A stretch of DNA of 64,000 nucleotides from Gekko japonicus. Taxonomy: Eukaryota. How positions within the stretch are numbered: position 1 is the stretch's first letter; every line of letters starts with the position of its first letter. The stretch covers positions 210,130-274,129 of the forward strand of contig NW_015176459.1 of assembly GCF_001447785.1 (NCBI RefSeq). The letters run 5' to 3'. Below, piece by piece: positions 12,047 to 23,253 of this stretch. A model generated the notes under the pieces. That model did no database searches, had not been told where the DNA came from, and was given only the letters and a program-made list of their open reading frames with translations. The translations under genes were made by a program, and so were the position numbers.

Positions 12047-12435
12047 TTGTTGTTGTTGTTCAGTTGCACAGTCAAGTACGGCTCTTCACAACCCAGTGGA
12101 CCACATCATTCCAGGCCCTCCTGTCTTCCGCTGTACTCTGAAGTTTGCTCAATTTCATGTTCATTGTATCAGTAACACTGTCTAACCATCTCATCCTTTG
12201 TTGTTGCCTTCTTCTGTTACCTTCAATCATTCCCAGCATCACAATCTTTTCCAGTGAGTGCTCCCTTCTCATTTGGTGGCCAAATATTTGAGCTTCAGCT
12301 TCAGTATCTGTCCTTTCAGGGAACAGTCAGGTTTGATTTCCTTTAGGATTGACTGATTTGATCTTGCAGTCCAAGAGACTTCCAAGAGTCTTCTCCAGCA
12401 CCATAATTTAAAAGCATCTATTCTTTGGTGCTCGA
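12047..12435 (-). mobile_element. RTE/BovB 3' fragment
   Basis: ORFs ...RIDAFKLWCWRRLLEVSWTARSNQSILKEI... and MRREHSLEKIVMLGMIEGNRRR...RWLDSV; (CAA)n tail. Confidence 0.95.
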
Positions 12436-13016
12436 CTGAATAATCCCAAAGTTTCAAGTGAATTAAATCAGTAGGCCCAATTCTGTGGACCCTGAACAAG
12501 ATGCTCCCAGCCATCCTCCATTATTTCCTATGGCAGGGGGGGGACTCCATGCTTTCTCCAGGGCAAAGAACAGCCAAAGGTACAAGAGCAAGCAAAGCAA
12601 CCCCTAGCCAAAAGCATCTCAAAGCAGACAGAACCAATAATCCCAAAGAACCATTGCAGAACCAAGGTATCCCAGCAGAAGTACAGGACAAGGTGGCAAG
12701 CCTAACACAATGACTGTAAAATACTAGAATCCAAGCCAACATCAAACTAGAGGATCCCCCAAATCAGAAAGAATAGGAACAGTTACAAGCTCAACAAATG
12801 TAAAGTCAGAGAATCCAACCCAATGTGCAACCTGAGAATCCAAGGCAATGTCAAAATACAGAATCTACCACAAATGACAAACCCAACAGAAACCAACTCG
12901 CACAAAGAACACAAGGTTGCTAGACCCATAGAACTGATTTCAAAGCCCAGAATATAAACCAAATCAAACTGGCAAGCTGAAGCCAAGCCCTGGAACGACA
13001 GAGAGAGACAGTGACA
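12436..13016 (-). mobile_element. Possible solo-LTR fragment
   Basis: Ends in TGACA (13012-13016); strongly strand-skewed 'ttggct/ttggat'-rich composition like the LTR at 53200-53888. Confidence 0.35.
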
Positions 13017-13572
13017 TTCAAGAAAATAACAGTGTTGGGAGCCTTAAAATGCTGGATCCCTATATTTCTGGTTACTTCTGAATATTTCTGGAATTTTTTG
13101 GGACCCATTTCCCATCCAGAGACCCAAATAGATCCAGGAAATGTCAATAAAATATTTTTCAGATATATATTCAGACTGGATATATCTGAATGCGTATGCC
13201 TAAGTAACTATTCTCCCTGTACTGTTTTCCCAACCTCATAAAGACCCTTGGAGCTGCCTGTGGAGGTTGTGGAAATGGCACAGGGTCAAAGTTTTAATCT
13301 GCTTCCATATGAGGACTATCTCCTGTTGTGCTCTTATTGCTGCCGTGAATGTAGAGGCATTTGCAGTAGCAATGAGGTAGTCCATGAGGAGTGTATTCTC
13401 CATGGTATGCCTTTGTGCCTGCTGTTGCACCCCCCAAATGTTTGTGGTGGGCTTTTTAAAAAAATGGTGGTAGGTATATTGCTGTAGTATTCTTTTAAAT
13501 TTTATATTTTTTGCTATGATTTGAGTTCTCTGCTTTTTGCTGTTAGTTTTGTACATCTGTTTTATTCATTTA

Positions 13573-13700
13573 CTAGTAAAGAAAGCCCGTCGTGGCGGTA
13601 GACGACGGGCCCTAGATAGGAAGGGAGGAATGGAGAAGAGGAGGTCGAGAGAGAGAGAGACAGAGTTAGAGAGGGGGGAAAGAGAAAAGGGGTGGAGGGA
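13573..13700 (-). mobile_element. Helitron 3' terminus (hairpin + CTAG)
   Basis: Perfect 9-bp stem gcccgtcgt/acgacgggc (13585-13610) followed on the minus strand by tttcttta-CTAG|T. Confidence 0.7.
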
Positions 13701-13811
13701 ACCTTTACCTTTACCTTTTTATATTGCTGTCATATTCTTATAAATTTTATATTTTTGGTTATGATTTGAGTTTTCTGCTTTTTACTGTTTTGTACATCTG
13801 TTTTATTCATT

Positions 13812-14015
13812 TATTATACATACCCTGATTTTCCCCCTCAATGAGATTGAAAGCAGCATACAACATTGTTCCCTCCTCCACTTTACCCTCACAACATCAG
13901 CTCTGTTGCTGCACTGATAGGGAAGTTGGACTGATAGTGTTTGACTCAAAGTCACCCATTCAAACTAGGGCCTCCCAGAACCTAGTCTGAGACTCCACCG
14001 ACTACAATGTCCTGG
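13812..14015 (-). mobile_element. Squam3-like SINE, diverged
   Basis: Homology to 10805-11068. Confidence 0.65.
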
Positions 14016-14089
14016 CTCTCAATTTGTTTGCTTTGTGTGCAAGTGTTATACAGTTTTATAGGTGATTTATATCATGTTAATATGTACAG

Positions 14090-14500
14090 TTCCAGAGGGG
14101 TACCTCTGTTAGTCTTTTGCAGCCAAAATAACAGTCTTTCTGGCACCTTAAGGACTAACAAATTGATTGAGAGCCAGTGTAGTGCAGTGGTTAAGAGTGT
14201 CAGACTAGGATCTGGGAGACCTAAGTTTGAATCCCCACTCACATTCCCAAGGCCACTGGGTGTCCTTGGGGCAGACACACTGGCTCAGCCTAACCTACCT
14301 CACAGGGTTGTTGTGAGGGTAAAATGGAGGAGCGGAGAATGATGTGAGCTGCTTTGGGTTCCCTTTGGGAAGAAAGGAGGGGTACAAAATAAATAAATAA
14401 ATTGTGGAAGAATCTTGAGTTGGTTTAGATGCATCTGACAAAGTGAGCTCTGACTCACAAAATCCTTTGCCAAAATAACTTTATTAGCCTTTAAGGTGCC
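14090..14500. mobile_element. Penelope terminal fragments in inverted arrangement, with a Squam3-like SINE (14170-14400, +) between them
   Basis: 'ttgttagtccttaaggtgcca' on the minus strand (14140-14165) and 'ttattagcctttaaggtgcc' on plus (14481-14500); SINE head gccagtgtagtgcagtggttaagag. Confidence 0.7.
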
Positions 14501-14879
14501 CCTTTATCTCCACTATTTCCTCTTTCCTTTCATTGAAAGCTCCCATAATCTGTCCCTTTTTCCTGCTTTCTTTTATTCCTTCCACTCCCCAGCTAACCTA
14601 CCTTTTTCTGCCACTCCGCCTTCAACTTTCCTACCTTCCGTCTACCTGACAGCATTGTTGGGGAAACTATGGATCAGTTGAACAGTGCCAGCCACAAGGA
14701 TTTGTGAGGGGAGGCACCTCATTTCCCCCCNNNNNNNNNNNNNNNNNNNNNNNNNNNNNNNTCTTTCCCTCCACCTAGTAACCTCCATATCCTCATCTTT
14801 CCCTGTTTCCTTCTCTCCCTCCCATCCACACACCATCCTACATTTTACCTGCCCCTCATCTTCAGCTATACATATTATT

Positions 14880-15125
14880 TATAAATAAATAAATAAATTA
14901 ATTAAATAATAAGTAAATAAATAATAAGTAAATTAAGTAGCACTTATACGCCACCTTTCTCCACAACAGGGATGCACATTATTCTCCTCTCCTCCTCTGA
15001 GGTAGTTTAGGTGAGAATATCTGACTGGCCCAAGGTCACTCACTGAGAATCATGAAAGAATGGGGTTTTAACCTGGGTCTCCCAGATCCTAATCTGAAAC
15101 TCTAATCAGTATAACACATTGGCTT
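14880..15125 (-). mobile_element. Squam3-like SINE, diverged
   Basis: Homology to other copies. Confidence 0.65.
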
Positions 15126-15320
15126 TTGTGGCGTGGCTGCTGTTGAACAGAAGTGAGCAGCTGGGCCTGGGTGAGTCATGCAAGTTGTACAGGGGTTGCT
15201 GCTGGGCCCGGCCCCAATGAAGTTTACCTCAAAGGCCAAAACATATGTAGAAAGGGCCCCGCCATCTCCCCTTGACTTTTACTGACCAAAACTGAGGCTT
15301 CAGCTGGCAATACTTTTATA

Positions 15321-15333
15321 GTTGCCTAGCAAC
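15321..15333. promoter_or_regulatory. RFX X-box motif GTTGCCTAGCAAC
   Basis: Exact fit to GTNRCC-N-RGYAAC in apparently non-repetitive DNA; function untested. Confidence 0.4.
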
Positions 15334-16809
15334 AGCTACAGAGGACATCCGTTTCTTATAGTTACAGATGCCACTATTTTTATGGGGGGGTGTTAATGAT
15401 TCAGATTTTTTTTTTAAAAAATATCAAATCATTTGGAAAACCTTGGGTATTTTTCAGGTCTGTAGAAAGATTTGTCTTGTCTCTTCATAGCTCCAACCTC
15501 TGGATTTATCCAACGATATGGCCATGTTGAGAATCAAATACATTGATGTATAATGCTGACACTGACAACTAAATAGCATGGGGAAATGTATTTAATGAAA
15601 GAAATTCAATGTAAGGAAACAAAAATGGTATAAAAATAAAGAATCACAAGTTCAACTTGCATGAGATAGGGGGGAAATCGACCTGGGGATTTGGAAGGAC
15701 AAGAAATTCTAACTCATTCCTCGTTGTGGCTAAGTTGGCTTTTTCTTTAAGTCAAGGATACTGAAGGCCATTTTTCTTAGTGTAGATCTTCCTGAGTTTC
15801 ACCTTCCATCCATTACTAAGAGTTTCTGTTTTTCCCTGGCAGAAATGTATCTTCATTATCTATAAAGCAAAACCATAAGGTTAAGAAAAGGTAACCCCCA
15901 AATCACAGTGAAATTCAGAGCTGAGCAATTGCTGCCGGTGCAGTCGCTTTCCGTGACTGTACAGGTTTTCCTGTCTGTTCTAACATCCTTATCTTGCCTA
16001 CCTCCTTATCGCTATCTGGAAGATACGAGCTGGTGTATTTTTAAACTCGGTCTCTGTGTGGGTGGGTGTGACTGGAAGCTTGCCAACTTTGGAGTCTCTG
16101 AATTCTTGTCTCCAATCAATGATAAGCTGGGGTGTGCAAAAGATTTCAGCCTTTCCACCTGCTGTGTACAGTACCAGCTTAGCGGCTTGAAAGGAAAATG
16201 TAGACAATGCAGTATTCAAAAGGGAACTAAAAGAAACAAATCTATTAATACCTTTTTCATCTCAGTCGTGAAGCCTTCTTAAGGTGCCCTTTAGACGTGC
16301 CGCCAGCTGCGTGGGAGCCACTTATCTGTGAACGGCACCCCTGTGGCTAGGAGCGCTTTCCCAGAGAAATCAGCACTGCTCCTGGATGATGAGTGAGTGG
16401 GTATGCATCATGCAGTCGGCTCCCACCCACATGGTTGGGTCATTTAAATGGCTGGGCTCATTTCCCACCTGGATGGGAACATGTCTACAAGGAGTCAGAG
16501 GGGACAGCAGAGTGACTGAACCTTGATTCAGGACCAAGCAGCACAGGGTGATGGGAATCTGTGATGGCATTCCCTGACATATAATGTAGATCCAAAGAGC
16601 ATCTGGGGGGGATGTGGTGTGTGTGTATTGGGGCTGTGGTACTAGGGGCAGGACTGGGCTTAACTTTTCCCATTGTATTATTTTGAATATGTCCCCTTGA
16701 GCTCCTTTTAGCCACTATAGGGGGGGAAAGGCAGGTATACTATAATATAGGGGACCTGCCTCTTTTGCTCACTGGGGCAAAAAGGAGCTTTGGAAGGCCC
16801 AGTTTCAAC

Positions 16810-17436
16810 TGGGGAAACGGCTCAGGAGGAGGTGTGAGTTAACCCCCACCCAGTCCCGCCGACCCAGCGGTTCGAAAACAGACGTAATTATAATGCGAGT
16901 AGAAAAATGGGTACCTACCCTTAGAAGGGTGGGGGGCACCCTCCTCCGATGAGGTGTGTGGATGGCAATGGCGGTAACAGCGACGGCGGCAATGGCGGAA
17001 TACCGGTGGCGAAGGTGACGTGGTGTGGCAATACGGCGGCAGCAAGCAGCAGCAGCAGGACTGGAGGAGTGATCCCTGGTGGCCAGCGGCGGAAACAATG
17101 GGCGGCTGTCGTGCAGCAGGAGGTGCGCGGTGACGTCATCCACAGGTGCGGCGGAGCCGGAAGGATGCAGCTGGGACTGGGGAGGACGTTGACTGCGTGC
17201 CAGACCAAGCGCCAGAAGAAACAGCAGCCAGCAGACGACTGGGAATGAAGCCAGCCGAAAAAGGACATCAGCCATCCACCAGGGTGCCGGTAGGCTGTCC
17301 CCCCCCTTCAGAATAATGTGGCCGTAGTTAGGATATACAAATGTGATTAGCACTCCCCTATGTAAACCGCCCAGAGACCCACAAGGGGGGTTAGGGCGGT
17401 ATATCAAATAAATAAATAAATAAATAAACAAACAAA
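16810..17436 (+). mobile_element. Unclassified CpG-rich non-autonomous retroposon (Sauria/BovB-like core, L2-type 3' tail)
   Basis: 16854-16915 aligns with the Sauria SINE core; tail tgtaaaccgcccagag...gggcggtatatc(aaat)n at 17361-17436; 5' boundary uncertain. Confidence 0.65.
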
Positions 17437-18304
17437 CCCTCCATCAGCACCATGATCCCATGGCTACTTGTTGAGGGTAAATCACATGTTGAGGGATTCT
17501 TTTGATGATCCTTCTTCATCATGTGTTGTTGGACACTTGTTCCAATGTGCCCAGTATCAGTCGTAGTTGGAACTGAGAAGCTACTTGGTTGAAAGCACTG
17601 GGGACCCAGCTGGTACTGTTGTATGTTCAGAAGGTTTCAGGGCCACAAGTATGCTTTGTTTTGTTTTTATATCTTTGGTATTTTGTGTATGTGTGTGCAC
17701 ATGTGTCTGCATCTGGAAGGTCATCCACAGGTGCGGCGGAGCCGGAAGGATGCAGCTGGGACTGGGGAGGACGTTGACTGCGTGCCAGACCAAGCGCCAG
17801 AAGAAACAGCAGCCAGCAGACGACTGGGAATGAAGCCAGCCGAAAAAGGACATCAGCCATCCACCAGGGTGCCGGTAGGCTGTCCCCCCCCTTCAGAATA
17901 ATGTGGCCGTAGTTAGGATATACAAATGTGATTAGCACTCCCCTATGTAAACCGCCCAGAGACCCACAAGGGGGGTTAGGGCGGTATATCAAATAAATAA
18001 ATAAATAAATAAACAAACAAACCCTCCATCAGCACCATGATCCCATGGCTACTTGTTGAGGGTAAATCACATGTTGAGGGATTCTTTTGATGATCCTTCT
18101 TCATCATGTGTTGTTGGACACTTGTTCCAATGTGCCCAGTATCAGTCGTAGTTGGAACTGAGAAGCTACTTGGTTGAAAGCACTGGGGACCCAGCTGGTA
18201 CTGTTGTATGTTCAGAAGGTTTCAGGGCCACAAGTATGCTTTGTTTTGTTTTTATATCTTTGGTATTTTGTGTATGTGTGTGCACATGTGTCTGCATCTG
18301 GAAG
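17135..18304. repeat. 585-bp tandem duplication (17135-17719, 17720-18304)
   Basis: Two copies with no mismatch seen; 'gtcat' microhomology at the junction. Confidence 0.97.
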
Positions 18305-18482
18305 TCATATTGACCTCTGGCAACTGACCCCTACTGGGGGCCTGAAGGATATTCAGAGAGATGGCTGAATAAAGCCTGACCCCCCTCCTGACTGCTGGTA
18401 TTCCAAGGAGGTCTCCCATCCGAGTACTTGCCAGAGTTGATCCTGTTTAGCTTCTGAGATCTGATGTGATCGGACTTGAAGT
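18270..18482 (-). mobile_element. 5S rRNA-derived SINE with RTE/Sauria-type tail
   Basis: Reverse complement contains ccgatcacatcagatctcagaagctaaacagg...agtactcggatgggagacc (5S boxes A and C). Confidence 0.8.
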
Positions 18483-19384
18483 ATGCTTTGTTTAGTATGT
18501 ATTTATGTGGCTTGATTACATTTAGTGTGTGGTATGTGTAGAAGCTTCTGCACAAATTGTGGCATAGTGCTGTGTATCACTCCGTCCTCTGGAGTCAACA
18601 GACCTCACAAAATTCCGGTCAGAAAGAAGTGAGGCTGACAGCTGCGGGCACCCACCCACCTATCGGTCATTTGATGTATTCATCAGGTATGTATGTGAAA
18701 TCATCAATTCTGTATGTAAAATGACTAAATCTTATTTCAAGCTCATGTAGAAGTTCTATGAAGTCTGACCTTCAGACCACTTGTTATTAATCTTTTAATA
18801 TTTGCTATTGTGTACACCATAAATAAATATATATATATTGATAGTATTAATTTTTTAAGTTATCTTGACCCTTTGAACAGCTCTGGTATATTTTGGGTTG
18901 AGCTTGTTTCCTCCTTTTTCATCCTCTATCCTGTTATTGTGACCATGGAATTCTAGAATATGGTCATCCCCCAAACTCCAGCTGAGATCATGACCAAAGT
19001 CTAGTGCTAGAGTAGAAGGTTGTTAGGGTTTTTTAAATTATTAATCTATAGCTGTATCAGAACTTGGTGTTTTGCACATCATTACTAGTAAGAAAACTGT
19101 GGAGGCATTTGTTTTTAAAAGTGATTGGTAACTTTTAACTTGTAGTTCACTTTAAAGCCTTCCCTTGATTCTTGCTTACTGTATTTGTCTTTGTGGTAGT
19201 TTTAACCTTTATTTCCCCTAGTGTGCTTTCCCTTTAAAATAGTTGACGTATGCAACACTGCTAGGTTTTTTTCTTTGATGGGTCACCTTTACATATGAAA
19301 ATATAGTTATTTATATCAAAGGTTTTAGTGGACTTTTCTACTCACTTGATCAATGTTGTTTTCAATACTGGCATTACTAACTTC

Positions 19385-20645
19385 AAGTGAATATGAACCA
19401 GAAAACTATGGTTTAAACCAGAGATATTATCAAGGAGGAATTTGCAACTACTATTCCTGTAGCCCAAAGAAAGGAAAAGCCTTGATGACTGAGTGATGAA
19501 ACTCTTAAAATTGCTAAAGATAGATGAAAAGCAAAAGTAAAAGGTTATAGAATCAGAAGTCTAAATGCAGCGTTCCAGTGACTGGCACATAGAAACATAG
19601 ACAACTATTATAACAACCAGTGTAAAGAAATAGAAGAGAACAATAAAAAATGAAGCACAGGAGATCTGTTCCACAAGATCCAAGAAACCAAAGCAAAATT
19701 TAAAGCATGGTTAGTCATGCTGAAAGATCAACATGGAAGTACATTAATTGAACAGGACAAAATAAAGACAAAATGGGAATAATACACCCTATAACTATAC
19801 AGAAGAGATGAAAGGATGACAAATTCCTTCAAAGAAGAAACTTTTAAAGAAGAACCTACAGTTTTAGAAAGTGAAGTGAAAGCTGCATTGAGAGCAAAAC
19901 AAATCATCAGGAGTAGATGAGATATCAATAGAGCTTTTCAAAGCCACAAAACAGACTCTATCAAAATCTCAACAAGAATATGCCAACAAATACAGAAAAC
20001 AAAACAATGGCCCACAGACTGGAAATGCTCAATTTACATTCCAATTTGGAAAAAAAGGAGACATCAAAGACTGCAGCAACTATTGGGCCATTGCATTAAT
20101 TTCTCATGCAAGTAAAATGATGCTCAAAATCTTAAATCAAAGACTGTTACCATATATGAAACAAGAAATGTCAGATGTCCAAATTGGGTTCAGGAGAGGC
20201 CCTAGAGATTATATTACAAATTACTAAAGTGTACAAGAGGATTCCAGAAGATTTCAGCAAAGTTTTTGACTCTGTGGATCACAAAAGGCTATGGTTCATG
20301 TGGGTGTGTCACAACATCTCATTGTTTTGATGCACAACTGTACTCTGGACAAGAGGTTACTGTTAGGACAGAATATGGAGAAACAGAACAGTTTCCAATT
20401 GGTAAAGGTATAAGACAAGGATGTATATTATCTCCCTATCTCTTCAGTCTATAATAAGGAAAACTGAAGGCAGAAAGTGCCAAAGCAGAATTACAATTGA
20501 ACATCAAGAAGACAAACTACTGAGGAATTATGTGACTTTAAGGTTGATAATGAAGAAATTGAAATTGTTAAACATTTTCTATTCCTTGGCTCCATCATCA
20601 ACCAAAAGGGAGGCTGGAACCAAGAAATTGGAAGTAGATTGAGGC
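19385..20645 (+). mobile_element. Older RTE/BovB-like LINE fragment (linker-RT), many stops
   Basis: QWPTDWKCSIYIPI..., IALISHASKMMLKIL, LYSGQEVTVRTEYGETEQFPIGKGIRQGCILSPYLF. Confidence 0.9.
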
Positions 20646-21035
20646 TGCCTTTCTGGTTTCATTCTACACTAGTGTACAGAATGCCTGCATGGCCAAGTGG
20701 TTCATGGATTAATACTAGAAAATAATGGGCAAAGTGTAATTAAATGTGCAATAGGTAACAAGGCTTGAGAAGTCATAATAATGTAGATAAGTATGATTTT
20801 ATGCAGATATGTGATTTTTTATGTTTAAGGCTGAAATGGCCAGCATAGCCTCAAGCAAGCTTGTTTATTATATTTGGCTGTGAAGTTGTGCAAAGCCCTT
20901 GTTGCTGCATATGGAAAACAACAACTAGTGACATTTCTCTTCTCTTTTAGATCCAACATGGTGTACTGTTAGATTAGGGGTGTAGTGTTGGATAAGGACT
21001 GTTAATCTCCATTTAACTATGAATTTTAGCTGACA

Positions 21036-21230
21036 GGCTGTAGCATACTAGTAGAGCATCTGCTTTGCATGCAGAAAGTCCCAGGTTCAATCCCTGGATC
21101 AGGTACTAAGTGATATGAAAGATCACTTCTTGAAATCCTGGAGAGCCACTGCCAGTCCGATTAGACATTGTTGACCTTTTGAAAGCAATGATCAGACTGG
21201 GTATCAGGCAGCATCATGTGTGCATGTATG
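21036..21230 (+). mobile_element. tRNA-derived SINE with CR1-type tail, nested in a Squam3-like SINE (20950-21365)
   Basis: 'gtagagcatctgctttgcatgcagaaagtcccaggttcaatccctgg' tRNA-Ala-like head; body shared with 42285-42492. Confidence 0.75.
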
Positions 21231-22253
21231 TGTCTTCAACCTTCACTAAATGACCTTGGGTCAATTGCTATTTTTAATCTACCTCACCAGATTATTGTTG
21301 TGAGGATAAAGGAGGGGGGAGAACCCCCTTCAGCTCCTTGGTGAAAAGGTTGGGTAAAAATGTTAATAATAACATTTTAAAACGTCAGATATTCACCCAA
21401 TTGCTGATATATATATTTGATTCCACTACAGAGGAAAAGTACAGCTTCGTCAAGTGACCTACCCAAGGTCAAATGGTTAGAATGTGTCAGAGTTTGGTGG
21501 TTTTGTATTTCGGTGTTCAGCTTTACATTTTAGTGCTGTGACCAGCATTCTTTCTCTTCAGGTGGGCGAATAATTGCTTACACAGTTAAGATGATTAATC
21601 ACATTTGAAAGGCACTCTGAAATTGAGAAATGCTATCGAGGTGCTAAGAAAGCGTTTTGACTACTTTGGAAGAGTTAAAAAAAAAAGGATTGTGGGATTT
21701 CTTTTTTTTTACTCATAAAACTGCTTTCTGGAACCAGCTGTGATAAAAATGCTTTCTAAGGAACCATCTCTGTATGGTTTCTCACCTATGAATCTCTGTC
21801 TTTCTCATCTTTAAGGCTTTAAGTATATTTCCTCAAAAAGCCTGCAAAATGTTTATTTGGGAAGTCTTTCTCCAAAACCGGAGCAAAGAATGTTCAGTTT
21901 GTGTGTTGTGGCAGGGGATGCAGTTTCTCTGTTCTGTAGCGAATTGCCCTTTACAAGCAGCCTTCAAATAAAATTCACCCTTTGGTTTCTGTAGTTGCTG
22001 AAAAGGTCCATCAGTCCTGAAAGTAAATCAAACATCTACAAAGTCTGAACCCTGCCAGCATCCAGTCCCTGCATTGCTTTTACTACACAATGCTCCTTGC
22101 TTCAGGTTGGGAGGATTGTGGCAAAAGTTCCTATGAATGAAGCTGATTTATAGAAAAGAAACGTATTTATCCACACACAGGATAGCTGGTTCGGCTGCTG
22201 AGATGGAATGGGAAGAGCTTTACTACACCATTCAGTGAGATTTAGGTTTTAAG

Positions 22254-22650
22254 CAGGGGTCATTTCATAGAAAAAGAGGTGGAGGAGCTCATTAGCATAA
22301 CTCATTTGTATATGCCACACCCCCTGACGTCACCAGAAGTGTGTCAGAAGGCAACACCCACCGCTCAGGTTCCAGTGGACTGTTTTGGAATGCTAGCTAT
22401 TGGGGAGGGGGATGTCCAGATCTGTCCTCACAGAGGAGGGAGAGCTTGTACCTGAATAAAACTTGGTCTTAAAGGTGCCACTGGACTGTTTTGGATAGGG
22501 GGCCAGGGGGGGGGCTCTGCAGCTTACCTGGCTGCCTCTTGCTCTGACTGAGCTGGGAGCAGGGGGTGGGGATTGTTGCATGTGCCCACCCCCTGGGCTC
22601 TTTACTGCTGGAGCTCCGCTCCTGTGCACTCCTGCAGGAAATGACCCCTG
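22254..22650. mobile_element. hAT MITE (CAGGGGTCATTTC TIR)
   Basis: Perfect 13-bp TIRs; TSD gttttaag/gttttagg; carries a Penelope-end fragment at ~22441-22488. Confidence 0.9.
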
Positions 22651-23253
22651 GTTTTAGGTATTCTTTGACTTTTTTAAAGAGGTCGGTATTTAGATTTTTT
22701 TTAAATGTATTTTGTGTTCTACAGGTGGTATTTTAGCTTCCCTGGCCCATTCTGCATCTAGCATTCGCTCTGTTGTTTTTACCAAACCCACCCTGGAACA
22801 GAAAAAGATGCGGCTCAAAACCACATTCAAATACCCTGGACCAACACAGTACTGGCTGCAGAGTCACCCCTGAATGGCCATAAAACAGCCATAAATCTAT
22901 GCAGATGGCTTCCATAAAACTGAGGGATTAAAGGAAGTGAAACCAGCATGCAGTCTGGACACTGCCATAAAATCCGACAATCCATCAAAGTGAAAGTGGC
23001 ATGCAATGTAGAGGGGAATTTCTGTTCCAACATGGGTTTGGTAAAACAGCGGGGCAAATGCTAGATGCAGAATGGACCCCTGAGTCCTATCTTTGGAGAA
23101 AATGGCTTGTAAATAAGGTAACTAAATTTAAATTTCCGTCTAGTTTATTGGATCCTGAGATAATGTTCAGGGCATATAAGGTGAGAACTAGAGAGTTAAG
23201 ACACCTGTCTTGCAGCCCACTTCCCTCTCCACTCCCACTGGTGCAATGAAGAG

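Larger units (their letters stand above)
11833..13202. mobile_element. hAT-like MITE (TAGGGATGTGCA TIR) split by nested insertions
   Basis: Termini tagggatgtgca / tgcgtatgccta; 'atatttttcaga' subterminal repeats at both ends; the interior 12047-13016 is foreign sequence. Confidence 0.6.

Noticed and set aside
13236-13556. Cys/His-rich ORFs on both strands
   Set aside because: No recognisable zinc-finger spacing or family; the ORFs run into AT-rich repeat.
16854-16900. HDV-like ribozyme in the Sauria-like core
   Set aside because: I could not build the complete double pseudoknot by eye; it needs a covariance-model search.
16805-17431. 208-aa minus-strand ORF
   Set aside because: Starts in the (TTTA)n tail and is the antisense reading of a GC-rich retroposon.
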